From an uncultured Nitrososphaeraceae archaeon (GTDB lineage: Archaea; Thermoproteota; Nitrososphaeria; Nitrososphaerales; Nitrososphaeraceae), in the NCBI GenBank assembly GCA_963837175.1, contig CAWIMJ010000039.1:62830-126829 (forward strand): DNA of 64,000 nt. The letters run 5' to 3'. The notes beneath the pieces were generated by a model. That model ran no database searches, was not told where the DNA came from, and saw nothing but the letters and a program-made list of their open reading frames with translations. Position 1 is the stretch's first letter. Each line of letters opens with the position of its first letter. Both the position numbers and the translations under genes were made by a program. This document shows positions 45,405 through 56,890 of the stretch, piece after piece.

Positions 45405-45755
45405 TTGAGTCTTAACCCTTCCATAAGATGGGTAGGGATTTCAGATAACACAGGTGTTCTCCTCAATGTTACTTACAAAGAAGGAGTAACACTTCTCCTG
45501 TCAAATGAGGAAAATGAAGAATATGCATCAAATGCAGTAAAGAGACATAAGACAAGGATAACATTTGAATCAAAAATGGGTAAAATGAACTATGCAGTTG
45601 GTAGATATGAAAAATTGATCAGGGCTACAATCCCAATAAATAGTAATTATTATTTGCTTATTACGTTAGACGTAGAAGCAAAAGATTATGACATGATAAT
45701 AATAGAAAAAGTGATTCCATTTGTCGAAAAAGAGAAGGAAAAGTTTCTTTCATAA
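45405..45755 (+). CDS. DUF6659-like thaumarchaeal protein
   Basis: LSLNPSIRWVGI..G..REG-like..LLS.EE..GK..Y....YEK..R; frame open upstream to ~45333. Confidence 0.75.
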   Translation: MSLNPSIRWVGISDNTGVLLNVTYKEGVTLLLSNEENEEYASNAVKRHKTRITFESKMGKMNYAVGRYEKLIRATIPINSNYYLLITLDVEAKDYDMIIIEKVIPFVEKEKEKFLS

Positions 45756-46474
45756 TACTTGATAATAAACTAGTTAATTTATCATCCAACAATATTGAGT
45801 CCTTTTGTACCTAAGGATTCTTGACAGAAGAAGAACTACTACTACCAATCATAGATCAAACACTTTGAGATTATTCCCCTATTATTATAAGTTCACTTAC
45901 ATGAACCATATAGTATAGAGTTAAGAACTCAATTAGAATAATCATGATATCATAATTGAAAACATAGCCAAGAAATTCTAAAAGGTAAACTGTACTTCTT
46001 GTGCAGGATATCTATATTTGAACCTAGTCCTACAATATATCATCATATTCTTAAAAAGTCATAGCCACCGAAGCATGAAACTAGAATATTGGGTGTTGTA
46101 GTGATAGCTACTAATTTTTTTGTTGATTGATTCAAATACTTCTTTTTACTATTTACGACTGTGCTGGTCTCAATTTACATGCTTTGCATAAAAGGAGTAA
46201 CCTCCATTATCCGGCGGTAGGTTCAAATTGAATGGATATTTGAATATAAGTATATATTCTAACTGCTCATGAACATTTATGCATTTCAAACATTTGTGTG
46301 CTAACCTTATAATTGATAGGTTGCAGTAAAATATTGTAAAGATGAGTAGATTAGGGTAAAACAAGATCTCATCAGAGATGGATATATGACTTAATGTTCA
46401 AAACTTAAACCACAGCCTTTAATACATCTTTATGAATATTATAATAATAACAATATAAAAAAGGCAGGGTAGAA

Positions 46475-47212
46475 GTGTTCAAAAACTTATTCAAGAAAAT
46501 AGATGGAGTACTTGGAGTAGAAGAGGAATCAAGCCTTCCACCAGAAGAAGAAAAATTCTTTTCTGATATAGTAGGATATCCTGATATAAAGAAACTATTT
46601 ATGAAATCGGTAGTATCTAAAGAGCCTATACATATATTATTGACGGGACCCCCAGCATCTTCTAAAACAGTCTTTCTATTAGAAATGATGGAAGGATTAG
46701 ACCATGCATATTTTATAGATGCTGTTGGTGTTACAACTGCTGGTATATTTAGCTATCTTTTCATTAATGATACTAAATATCTGTTAATAGATGAAATTGA
46801 TAAATTGAAAAAAAGCGATCAGGTAGCATTGCTTAATGTTATGGAGACTGGTATTCTATCCGAAACTAAAAAAGGAAGAACGAGACAAAAAAGGATTCAT
46901 TTATCGATATTCGCAACAAGTAATGAAATTAGCAAATTATCAAAACCATTACGATCCAGATTTATGGAATTACATTTAGAGGAGTATAACTTTGAAGAAT
47001 TTATGGAGATTACAAGAAGGCTGATTGTAAAGAGATATCATTTGAATATACTAATAGCAGAAAAAATTGGTTATTCAGTATGGAATAAAATGAAGTCCAA
47101 AGACATTCGAGATGTAATACAGATTGCAAAATTAACTAAATCTTTATCAGATGTTGATTGGTTGATAGATATTCAAATGAAGTATGGTAAGAAAAGGGAT
47201 AACTCAGATTAG
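46475..47212 (+). CDS. AAA+ ATPase (small, MoxR/RuvB/MCM-like)
   Basis: Walker A GPPASSKT, Walker B LLIDEIDK, LLNVMETG and Arg finger LRSRF. Confidence 0.9.
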   Translation: MFKNLFKKIDGVLGVEEESSLPPEEEKFFSDIVGYPDIKKLFMKSVVSKEPIHILLTGPPASSKTVFLLEMMEGLDHAYFIDAVGVTTAGIFSYLFINDTKYLLIDEIDKLKKSDQVALLNVMETGILSETKKGRTRQKRIHLSIFATSNEISKLSKPLRSRFMELHLEEYNFEEFMEITRRLIVKRYHLNILIAEKIGYSVWNKMKSKDIRDVIQIAKLTKSLSDVDWLIDIQMKYGKKRDNSD

Positions 47213-47772
47213 AAGTATTGTAGATTTGTTATATCTTGTCAAATAACGCTTGTTTAAGATATTACATCTTTATGTAATTTCCATATGTAATGTGTAAATT
47301 ATCTTAATGTAATAAAGTATCTAATGCTAGACAGCAGTCAACTAAGATTACAACATAATTAACTAATAGATCTAATTCAATTAGAACGATTATCTGGCTA
47401 CATGAATTAGCAGCTATGATTATTATGATGCCTGCTTATCTATATTCTTCTACTAATCTTGTGAACGAATCAGCGTATTCGTAAAATGCTCTCCTTTCTT
47501 TGTATATGTTTTTATCATATAGCTACTTACCAAAATAACTTGGAAGATAATTTGCCAAATCTGGAATAGCAATTAGATTCATACCAAGATCAAGACATTT
47601 TTCTATTATATAACCACTATAATTAATGCTATATTTTCTTTTTCTTCTTCAGTCAAGGTAGTTAGTTAATGCTCATTTCCATTTCTCCGTAGTCAATCTT
47701 GCATTTATCTAATTAAAAGATCCTTTACAATATTTAGCGTAGATATTTATTTATATAAATAATTTATTGTTA

Positions 47773-48555
47773 TTACTGGTTCTTACTGCTACTATGCTTT
47801 TTTATAAGAAAATAACAACCAAACCATCCACTAGCAAGCCTCGCAACCTCTTCAAGGGTTCCTGCTTCTTCAAAAAGATGTGTGGCTCCTGGAATTATTA
47901 CAAGCTTCTTCTTTTGGACATTTTTAAGTTGTTTTAATGCATTATTATTCAAATCAATAATGGATTTAGCATCATTACCACCTACAATCAACAGAGTAGG
48001 TGCCTGAACCTTCGATAGAGCTTCTAAACCAGCTAGATCGGGTCTACCACCACGTGAAACTATTGCACTTATAGCACTAGGTCGCTCAACAGATGTTGCT
48101 GCTGCTATTAGCGCTGCAGCTGAGCCTATGCTAGCTCCAAAATACCCGATATTATTAATAAGGTGTTGTGTGTCAGGATCTTCCATAATCCAGTTAGTCG
48201 CCACTATTAGACGCTTAGCTAGTAATTTGATATTGAATTTATTGAGAACTATTCCGGGGTGAAGATTATATAGAATATTTTGTGTTCTGATATCAGCATT
48301 TTCCTCTTCTGGCGTAAGAAGGTCAACTAAAAGTGTAGCAATACCGGCATTATGTAACATCTGAGCAACATACTTATTTCTTGTACTATGTCTGCTACTT
48401 CCACTACCATGAGCAAACAAAACTATTCCTTTAGCCTCTGTCGGTAGAAGGTTGAGTTTACCTTCGAGTGTAATGGATTGTCCATCATCAGCAGTAGAAG
48501 AAGATGATATTCTTACAATACGCTCATTATGATATTGTTTTTCGTGTTCTGCCAT
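47773..48555 (-). CDS. dienelactone-hydrolase-family alpha/beta hydrolase
   Basis: LFAHGSGSSRHS, GYFGASIG, VSRGGRPDLA and PGATHLFEE. Confidence 0.9.
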   Translation of the reverse strand: MAEHEKQYHNERIVRISSSSTADDGQSITLEGKLNLLPTEAKGIVLFAHGSGSSRHSTRNKYVAQMLHNAGIATLLVDLLTPEEENADIRTQNILYNLHPGIVLNKFNIKLLAKRLIVATNWIMEDPDTQHLINNIGYFGASIGSAAALIAAATSVERPSAISAIVSRGGRPDLAGLEALSKVQAPTLLIVGGNDAKSIIDLNNNALKQLKNVQKKKLVIIPGATHLFEEAGTLEEVARLASGWFGCYFLIKKHSSSKNQ

Positions 48556-49445
48556 TGTTGTATCTTCCTATAATATTATAGAAGTTAAACGCATTTCTGA
48601 TAAGCAGACCAAATGAGGTTTCTCCTATTTCCTTAATTATCATGAGTTGGGTTAATTAATGTATATTGGTGAAAATAATATTGAAGTATATTTTTATAGA
48701 ATATTATACAAATTCCTTCTTACTAACCTATAATTCAAATAATTTTTTAATTTTTGTTGGGACTGATTAAATACCCATCTATTTTCTTATAGTTTGCTTT
48801 ATGTATTACAACTTATTTTTTCTGACATCACTCAAAAATTGTACTAGGTAATTACTGCTGTAATGGCGTTTTTGTTAGACCTTCACTAAGTATACTAGTT
48901 TTTAGACGTTAAAATTTGTATGATACAAAACAAAACGAATATTTATCGACCAAACCTATAACTGCTATCAAGTATAAATAGTGTTTTCCACTAAAGTCAA
49001 TAATCCATGGTAAGGGAGAGAGAGAATAAGAAGAATAGAAAGGACAAATCAAAGAGATAGTTAATAGAGAAACATACAAGCTTTGACAACCAAGATATAG
49101 ACGATTGATTAGAGCATCTTTCATCATGATGTTATTCTATGGCCTTACCATACAGATCCACAGTCTTACAATCCAATGAACTGGATTTTCGAATTTTCAC
49201 TTCAACTACGCGTGATAGAGAAGACGAGTTTGATAGATATCATTGCTTCTCATCAGTCTAGTTCTCATTAGTCTAGTACAGAATATTCGCAAGATTAAGA
49301 TTATATAAATGCCGCTAATAATGATATATTATTCTGTAAACTCTTCAGCTCATAGCAGGTAATGTAATGTCGAACACAATAAACTGAAGGGTTTATAGTA
49401 GTTGATATATATTTATATATTAATTATATTGTCTATCTAATAGAG

Positions 49446-49943
49446 ATGTCTATAAAAATGATATTGGCTACTATAGCAGCTATAGTAGCACTGGGAAGCA
49501 TAACAACACTTGGTTTTAACAATTCAGCACTCGGACAGCAAGCTTTCACTGCAGACCTTTCAGGAGACGATGAATTGCCACCAGTAGATACAAACGCTAC
49601 AGGTATTGCCACTTTTCAAAGTAACGGAAATACAATGAACTATCAACTAAGTGTCAGTGACTTGGATAACGTCACAGCAGCTCACATACATAGAGGTGAT
49701 ACTGACCACAATGGAAAGGTTGTCGTGAATCTGTACAATAATAAGTCTAAGGGTCCACAGAATGGACTTTTGTCACAAGGTACCATTACTGCTTCTAATC
49801 TAATAGGACCGTTGGCCGGGCACCCACTATCAGATCTAATTGACATTATGGATAATGGAACAGCATATGTTAATGCGCATACAAAGAACTTTCCGCTTGG
49901 AGAAATTCGTGGACAAGTTGAAGGTGCAGGTGGAGGAGGTTAA
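49446..49943 (+). CDS. secreted CHRD-domain protein
   Basis: LSG..E.PPV.T.ATG, AAHIH and YVNAHT..P.GEIRGQ. Confidence 0.93.
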   Translation: MSIKMILATIAAIVALGSITTLGFNNSALGQQAFTADLSGDDELPPVDTNATGIATFQSNGNTMNYQLSVSDLDNVTAAHIHRGDTDHNGKVVVNLYNNKSKGPQNGLLSQGTITASNLIGPLAGHPLSDLIDIMDNGTAYVNAHTKNFPLGEIRGQVEGAGGGG

Positions 49944-50828
49944 ACGTAATATAATTTCAATGACCTTATTCTGGGTTTAGAATATCTAGAATCTCACACA
50001 TTCCTTTTTTACTTTCAAAACCATAAAAACTCATCAAAATACCTTTCTTATTGTACTGTTTAGCGATATTTAAAATTAGAATGTAATCATTAAGTCGCAT
50101 TTGTACACCAGACTTATTCTAATACCGTTAAAAATAGATCCTGCATCTAACCTTTTATTCTTCAGTATTTTTCTTTGGAAATATTATTTGAGTCTTCCAA
50201 GAAAAATGGATCTCTATATGGTGAAGCACAAAGTGTTATTATGACTCACGATGGAAAGATTGCTTCTTTCTCTTTTATAACATACAGATTAGAGAAGAAA
50301 CAGAAGAATAGAATTATAATGACTGCTACTACTGATATATACAAGATAAAACTAAAAATAATATTATTAAATTTCATTAATTTACCCATAGCATTTCAAA
50401 TATACGCCTTTGTTCGCACCTGTCAGTTTATTGTTAGGTTTTATTTAGAATCAAAAAGATTAAGATAAAAATTCACAAAGGATATCGTTAATCCTTTACT
50501 TTATGAGGCCATCATTGTTTTGTTGCCTCTTTTCCGTCGATGCGTTTCCAATACAATCATCAAAAGATATAAAAAATACTCAATTGTTTTGTGTCAGAAC
50601 ATCTCTAAATGTGACTCTGGATGGCTTTAATATAGATTGTTATAGATTAGAACAGCTGCTAAGTATACTTAATCTATTGAAGTCGGATGTATAACTCTAT
50701 GAATCTACTTGTAGAAGTTAGCGGAAGAATGTTGGGATTTGTGTTAACAGTTTGTGCTCTATCAATAGATTGGAAAATAGTCGAAAAGTTCAAGCCAAAA
50801 GTAAAAGAGAAAAAGGTGGGGAATACAA

Positions 50829-51287
50829 ATGTATAGTAGTAGCACGGAAGCATTAGAACAATTCTTAAAGAATAATGAAAAAGATATTAACACAAATAGT
50901 TGCAGCAAAATAACTACTTCAAATAAAGAATTGTCATCTATTTGTTCCATTACCAGAACTATTAATAATATTCTCTTTATAGGAAATGAAGAATATTACC
51001 ATGTTGAACTAACTTGTAATGATGGTACGGAATATGGAATACAAGCCTATGGAGAAGAAGCCAAGGCATTATACACAAAAGTTACTAGCTATTCTCTTTT
51101 AAAACATCCTGTATCGAGAGAAAAGGAACTTGAGAAAATAGATAAAGAAGAAAACTATGAAAATCTTGTGACGGTTAGAAAAGCTATTGATTATGTAAAA
51201 GACTATACTTTTGATAAGAATAACAGTGGTTGTTTATTGATATTCAAAAAAATCAAAGATGTCTGTATATCAAAGAAAAGATCATGA
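50829..51287 (+). CDS. hypothetical protein
   Basis: 152-aa ORF with ATG and protein-like composition. Confidence 0.6.
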   Translation: MYSSSTEALEQFLKNNEKDINTNSCSKITTSNKELSSICSITRTINNILFIGNEEYYHVELTCNDGTEYGIQAYGEEAKALYTKVTSYSLLKHPVSREKELEKIDKEENYENLVTVRKAIDYVKDYTFDKNNSGCLLIFKKIKDVCISKKRS

Positions 51288-51578
51288 CTAATTAGTTAAT
51301 TTTTTGTGTCTATGAAGTCAAAAACACTTTTAATATATAATGTTATACGAAAACTGTCATAGATGTGAGGATATTCATTTTACTTAAGACAATTTGTAGA
51401 TGTATGAATGTCATAAATAACTTTGGCATTAGTTTTCATCATCATCATGTTTTCTTTATCTGAATTATCTAACCAGAATTTGAGTATTTATATTATATCC
51501 TGTTTTCTTGTTCTCTAACGGTCTTTACGACGAATTGTGATATTCATGGGTATAGTCAGTAACCTGAGATTTTAAAAA

Positions 51579-52205
51579 CTAAACCTCATGAATTAATTCT
51601 AATACGTTTCTCTTTGGTTTAGGTTGAAGTATCTTCTGGGGATAGCCTAGACAAAGAATTGACGAAGGTACAAGGTCAGTTCCTAGTGCTTGCATAACTT
51701 TTGCTTCATCTATCATTCCTATCCATACAGAACTTAAACCTAAGGCGTGTGCTGCTAGCTGAGAATATGCTGCTGCAAGACTAGCATCCTGCATAGAAAA
51801 TTTCTTTATAATATCATGTGGAAAATTCATTTTTACTCTTGATGGATTCATACAGAAAACTAGAACAACCGGAGCATTTACATATGGCTGTTTATTTGAG
51901 GCATCTACAAGCTTTAGTTTAATTTCTGAACTTTTTATGTGATAAATCTCAAAACCTTGAAAGCCTCCAGCAGTAGGAGCTGTATCAGCTGCAGCAAATA
52001 TCATTTCAATTTTCCAATCTTCTATCTTCTTATTTTCAAATTTTCTTTGAGACCTTCTGTTTAGCATAACGTTAAAGATATTGGTTTGTAGGATATCGTC
52101 TATCTCAGGGATTAAGACTTCTTCTTCTTTTGGATATAGTAGCTGATCATTGGAGGTATCATCTTTTTGAAAGATTCTAGAGAGAATATCTTTAGGATAT
52201 GACAT
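51579..52205 (-). CDS. nitroreductase family protein
   Basis: RRSQRKF, APTAG, QDASLA and GLSSVWIG. Confidence 0.92.
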   Translation of the reverse strand: MSYPKDILSRIFQKDDTSNDQLLYPKEEEVLIPEIDDILQTNIFNVMLNRRSQRKFENKKIEDWKIEMIFAAADTAPTAGGFQGFEIYHIKSSEIKLKLVDASNKQPYVNAPVVLVFCMNPSRVKMNFPHDIIKKFSMQDASLAAAYSQLAAHALGLSSVWIGMIDEAKVMQALGTDLVPSSILCLGYPQKILQPKPKRNVLELIHEV

Positions 52206-52525
52206 TAACCTGTAATGTAGTACTATGGAATCTTATATCTATTATCTCTTTTTCTTAATAATATACATATATGAAATTTTGTTTGTTTAGTTAATATAGT
52301 TATTTCTGTGTTATAATCACTTTCTTTTTCAGTCGTCACGCCGAATATATTCTCATTATATTATGTGTCTGGTTCTAAATAATGGGACAAAAGTGACACT
52401 CGTCAGTAGGATGGAAACAAAAATTTATCTCAATTATGTAACCCATTAGAATAAACCATGGCGGTAACTATGATTTAACTAAGCCGTAGGTAAAAAAATT
52501 AATATTATATTGCTTCTTTGTTTTG

Positions 52526-52753
52526 CTATACTACCATTACAGATTCGCAGATTTTCCTAAGGCTTTCTTTTAATGCTTTGTAATTATCTAGTCTTCGTCT
52601 GTCCACCTCATCAGATGGAAGGTTTTCTAACAATATTCTTTGTTGTCTGTCTATCATATTATCAATTGAATCAATGATGTCTCTAAGTTCATCCCTGCTG
52701 ATTTCTATTGTAGCCATTCCAGTTGATTTATCACTTTTGAGTTTTCTAATCAT
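52526..52753 (-). CDS. small hypothetical helical protein
   Basis: 75-aa ORF with ATG and protein-like composition. Confidence 0.65.
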   Translation of the reverse strand: MIRKLKSDKSTGMATIEISRDELRDIIDSIDNMIDRQQRILLENLPSDEVDRRRLDNYKALKESLRKICESVMVV

Positions 52754-53099
52754 ATGGTGTTATTAGTAGTAATGATAACGGATAAGAAATATAATAATTC
52801 TTCGTTATCCTTGTTTTTTAGACATCTATGGATATCGAATGGTAGAAAAAGATAGAAAAAGGTATAAAGAAATATAATCTTATCTTACATTTTAATCAGA
52901 TATACTACTAATAGCATTAGCTTTAGTGATCTTTAATCAAGTGGATTGTCTGGATTATTATCCTTCTGCCCTTCTAGTAATTTAGATCAGTAGCAGTGCT
53001 AATAATGCCTTGATAATCTATTTTGTTTATTCTTTCAGATAATTTTGTTGACTGATCTGTCTAGATTTAATTTATTCACCCTTTGCTTGTTTGAATGAG

Positions 53100-53430
53100 T
53101 TCAAATTCATGACTGAGGACCGTCTTTGAACAAAGCAGACTTTGCTTCATCATATTCCTTATTATTTCAAAGATAAAATTTTGTGTGTCGTTAGATTTTA
53201 ATGATTATGAGATTATTGCTTCTCTATGTATTCTTTCCATTCTTTATTTTTACTTCTTCTATTTGATTAATGCATTGCTTGTAATAATAAGCTAAACCTG
53301 ATTTTGAAGTCATAGAAGAATTACTGTAATAAATCTTTGGGTGCTTTGATAGCTCTGCTGATTGTAGAGTGGTCAACTTCCAATACCTGAGCTATTTGTT
53401 TTCTGAGTCATCAATTTAGCTGACAATGGG
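53100..53430 (-). pseudogene. degraded HTH protein (thaumarchaeal family)
   Basis: IAQVLEVDHSTISRAIKA HTH fragment, followed by frameshifted sequence. Confidence 0.55.
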
Positions 53431-53805
53431 AGCAGATTTCTTCTGCGTTATTTAGTCCTAAAATTATGCACGACTCAGTTAAAATTATACAATATTCTAT
53501 TCGTAGAACTTAGCTTATGCATTTCATCTAGATATTTGAAAAATAATATATATGTTCATTATGAAAGTTAATGTATACTTCTTCTGACTAATCATAAAAA
53601 ATAAACAAATTCCTAATACAATGAAATATCTGAAGCCAGAAGAATCCACACTTAGCATATGTTCTGGAAATGATTACATTTAACAGCTGTAAAGAGAAGA
53701 ATTGGCTGATAACGTTAAAGTAGACCTTTCAATATAATACCTAGAGAAACAGGAATAATTACAGATTTAGTTAGGACGAAATACGATAGACCTATTCCAA
53801 GTACT

Positions 53806-55227
53806 TTAGATACTTTGCGCGAAAAGAATTTCATGATTTCCAAATGTATCATCTTCCCAGACAACATACACCTTATTATTTTCAGACACAGCTATAGATG
53901 TACATTCTGAAATGCCTTCATTCTTGCTTATGTTTTCATTTATATTTGTAAAAGTAGCTCCATTATCTGAGCTCTTTTTGAAAAGTATTTCTTCATTGCC
54001 ATCGGGAAGAAGAGCTTGCCATGCCACATACACAATATTGCTTTTATCAGCTATTATTTCGACATTTAAGGAATTCTTTTCATTAGTAAGGGATATAGGC
54101 TGAGGAAAACTATCCCCATTGTCAGAGCTTTTTACAAAGAACATATTACCTACAACCTTTTCATCAGGATTTCCTCCCCATACAACATAGACATTATTTC
54201 CATAAGCTGCAATTTGAGATTCACCAATAGAATTCCAGTCACTATTTAGCTTTATTGTATCACTAAAACTATTTCCTTTGTCTAAGCTTTTGGTAAAGAA
54301 AATTCCGTTGTGTATATTATTACTGCTATTATCATCATAATTGAGATCACCAATTATGCCGATATTCCATACTACATAGGCGCTATTTTTAAAAGCAGTA
54401 ATTTTTGGATAAGACTTGAATGGACTATCGCTTAGAGTTTTTTGCTTTTCGAAGGTATTACCGCCATCGTTGCTTGCTCTAAGTACTATACTGCTATTCA
54501 TCTTGTCACTAATGTTAATTCTATCACTATTATTATCGGCATTAATACCGCTAGCAGTATCATAATCTGCGGTTGGCCCAGGAGTGTCTTGCCATACAAT
54601 ATAAACATTGTTTTCTGCTGCAGCTATTTCTTGATTGTATGAGTCTACATTACTACTATTGCTTAAATTAATTATTTTATCAAAAGTATTTCCATCATCA
54701 ACGCTTTTTCTGAATAAAATTTCTTTGTTTTTAGCTATTGTTGTTGATGGTGATGAAGTATTATCATCAGTCCATGCAACATATACATTATTCCCAGAAA
54801 TAGCTATCTGAGGATGTTCAGAAAAACCTGGATTATTGCTCAAATTTATTTCCTTGCTGAATGTTAATCCTCCATCAATGCTTTTCTTTATGTATATGTC
54901 ATAGTTTCTATAATTGTTGTATATACCACTCGCTTTATTATCATCAGAAGAATCTGGATTATTTTCTTGCCATACCACATATACGTTATTCTTATAGGAA
55001 GCTACCTGTGCGTAAACAGAATCTTTAGTATTATTAGTCAAATTAATTGACTTTGTAAAACTTATTGAATTACCATCAGCATAATTATTAGTATTGGCGT
55101 CATCAACATTTTGTGCATAGATATGTTGATAATTTGTATAAGTGGTAAATGAAACCACGCTCACTAATATATTGACTGTAACTAATGTTACTGCCAATTT
55201 TATAGAGGCAATCGTTTTAATCATCAT
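53806..55227 (-). CDS. secreted BNR/Asp-box (sialidase-like) beta-propeller protein
   Basis: Repeated NVYVVW..I.F.KSxDxGxTF blades (SIDGGLTF, SVDDGNTF, SNDGGNTF, SSDNGATF). Confidence 0.9.
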   Translation of the reverse strand: MMIKTIASIKLAVTLVTVNILVSVVSFTTYTNYQHIYAQNVDDANTNNYADGNSISFTKSINLTNNTKDSVYAQVASYKNNVYVVWQENNPDSSDDNKASGIYNNYRNYDIYIKKSIDGGLTFSKEINLSNNPGFSEHPQIAISGNNVYVAWTDDNTSSPSTTIAKNKEILFRKSVDDGNTFDKIINLSNSSNVDSYNQEIAAAENNVYIVWQDTPGPTADYDTASGINADNNSDRINISDKMNSSIVLRASNDGGNTFEKQKTLSDSPFKSYPKITAFKNSAYVVWNIGIIGDLNYDDNSSNNIHNGIFFTKSLDKGNSFSDTIKLNSDWNSIGESQIAAYGNNVYVVWGGNPDEKVVGNMFFVKSSDNGDSFPQPISLTNEKNSLNVEIIADKSNIVYVAWQALLPDGNEEILFKKSSDNGATFTNINENISKNEGISECTSIAVSENNKVYVVWEDDTFGNHEILFAQSI

Positions 55228-55517
55228 ATCCGTGAATATCCAAGTTGGATTATTCTTATTCTAGTATATTATTATTGTCCCTAGATTACAAATTTTATCC
55301 TTTAGTATTCCACAATTTGAGCTTCAATTATTATGTATGTAATTAAAAATGCGCAAGACTATCTTACCGTAGTTATGAATATCCATATGTACTTCGTATG
55401 CCAAATATGTGTGTGAAACTGTAAATACAGTGTCAATAATGCGTTAGACATCTCTCCTATTGTTAGTTCCGTTGTATATGTAATATCTACACCTTTGTCC
55501 AATAGGAGAAGAAGGAA

Positions 55518-55853
55518 TTAATTAGCTGCAGTTACTATATTTGTTTTTGGCTTAAGAAAATCGTATCTCATCTTAAATAGCTCAATAACAGCAGGAATAT
55601 CTGCTTCTCCCTTAATCCAATAGCTAACCCATCCTGAGTGTGGTAGTACATGATGTGGTGATGCATGACCAGAATTCACAAGTTCATTTCTCACATTCAT
55701 CGGAAATGGTATATCAACTAGACGTTCACCATGCATATGTCCCATTTCCCTTTTGTTGATGCGAAATTCTACACCACCAAATCTATGGGGTTCAGCGGTA
55801 ACATGGGGCCAACTTAATATTTCTTCCTTAATCCTTTCTATAATTGTACTCAT
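55518..55853 (-). CDS. DUF5519 (luciferase-domain-like) protein
   Basis: PHRFGGVEF..EMGHMHG..DIPFP..HHVLPHSGWVS. Confidence 0.85.
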   Translation of the reverse strand: MSTIIERIKEEILSWPHVTAEPHRFGGVEFRINKREMGHMHGERLVDIPFPMNVRNELVNSGHASPHHVLPHSGWVSYWIKGEADIPAVIELFKMRYDFLKPKTNIVTAAN

Positions 55854-55878
55854 AGATATTATTTTATTAATGTATATT

Positions 55879-55900
55879 ATAAACTGGTAGGTTTACAAAT
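55879..55900 (-). promoter_or_regulatory. operator-like motif ATTTGTAAAC-N6-GTTTAT (copy 1, upstream of DUF5519 gene)
   Basis: + strand ATAAAC TGGTAG GTTTACAAAT. Confidence 0.7.
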
Positions 55901-55975
55901 TATATTAATTCTTACTACTGCATAATATTGTATATATAGGCGGCGAAATTTCAGTAAGAAGTTCTGCATTCATTC

Positions 55976-55997
55976 ATTTGTAAACCAAACGGTTTAT
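55976..55997 (+). promoter_or_regulatory. operator-like motif ATTTGTAAAC-N6-GTTTAT (copy 2, upstream of regulator)
   Basis: ATTTGTAAAC CAAACG GTTTAT. Confidence 0.7.
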
Positions 55998-56028
55998 GAA
56001 TGAGTTATACTATGTATATGTGTATTAG

Positions 56029-56703
56029 ATGCGTATGTCAAGTAATTTAGAAAATATTGCTGATGGATTTAGTGAGCCAAAAAAGAAATTGCTGTATTAT
56101 CTTAAGATCATGCAACAAGCAGGACTTGAGGAATTAGCTAATGTTATGAAGGTATCAAGAATGGCAGTTCACAAGCATCTTGCTCTTTTGCAAAAGAGGG
56201 GTTTAGTGGAAGGTGTGGAAACCAGGGGACGTATTGGCAGGCCAAGAATGGTGTATCAACTAACAAGTCAAAGCAAAACTGTTTTCCCAAAATCATATAG
56301 TGCAATTGCAACACATGCTCTTGATTTTATTGAAAGAAATATGGGTAAAAATGCGGTTGAAAAGGTTCTACGTGAACGTCAGAGCGAACTTTTCGATGAA
56401 TATTATAAGCGTCTTAAGGATTTGGATTTTGATAAACAAGTCAAGGAATTAGCTAGGATTAGAGATGAGGAAGGATATATCGCTGAATCAAAGAGGGAGT
56501 CAAAGAGTGGTAGAAAATATGTCCTCTTAGAATACAACTGTCCTATAATACATATAGCTGAAAAACATTGGGAAGCATGTTCTGCTGAAACTGAATTATT
56601 TGAAAAGCTTCTTGGAGCTGATATAGAAACAACTCACAGAGCTGCCAAAGGAGACTTGATTTGTAAGTTTATAATCAAGGAAAGAAAAGAAGGATTCCTC
56701 TAA
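56029..56703 (+). CDS. SufR-like wHTH transcriptional regulator (COG2345 type) with C-terminal Cys ligands
   Basis: HTH ELANVMKVSRMAVHKHL..L, GRPRMVY, EEGYIA, YNCPI, ACSAE and ICKF. Confidence 0.9.
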   Translation: MRMSSNLENIADGFSEPKKKLLYYLKIMQQAGLEELANVMKVSRMAVHKHLALLQKRGLVEGVETRGRIGRPRMVYQLTSQSKTVFPKSYSAIATHALDFIERNMGKNAVEKVLRERQSELFDEYYKRLKDLDFDKQVKELARIRDEEGYIAESKRESKSGRKYVLLEYNCPIIHIAEKHWEACSAETELFEKLLGADIETTHRAAKGDLICKFIIKERKEGFL

Positions 56704-56778
56704 AGCTATTGTACACTGAGGGTAAGAAAGATATCTTTCTCAAAAAGGCTGAAGTATTTTGTCTTAATGCTTTGTATA

Positions 56779-56800
56779 ATTTGTAAACGTCGTTGTTTAT
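56779..56800 (+). promoter_or_regulatory. operator-like motif ATTTGTAAAC-N6-GTTTAT (copy 3, upstream of FMN reductase), followed by TATA-like TTTTATATAT at 56811
   Basis: ATTTGTAAAC GTCGTT GTTTAT. Confidence 0.7.
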
Positions 56801-56890
56801 AAATAAGGTTTTTTATATATACTTACGATTAACATCATTAAATCCCAAATTCAATCTTTAAAACAATCACAAAATGATAATCAAGCAAGT

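Noticed and set aside
52456-52492. 23S rRNA helix-69-like fragment (GGCGGTAACTATGA)
   Set aside because: Only a short partial match with no flanking rRNA-like sequence.
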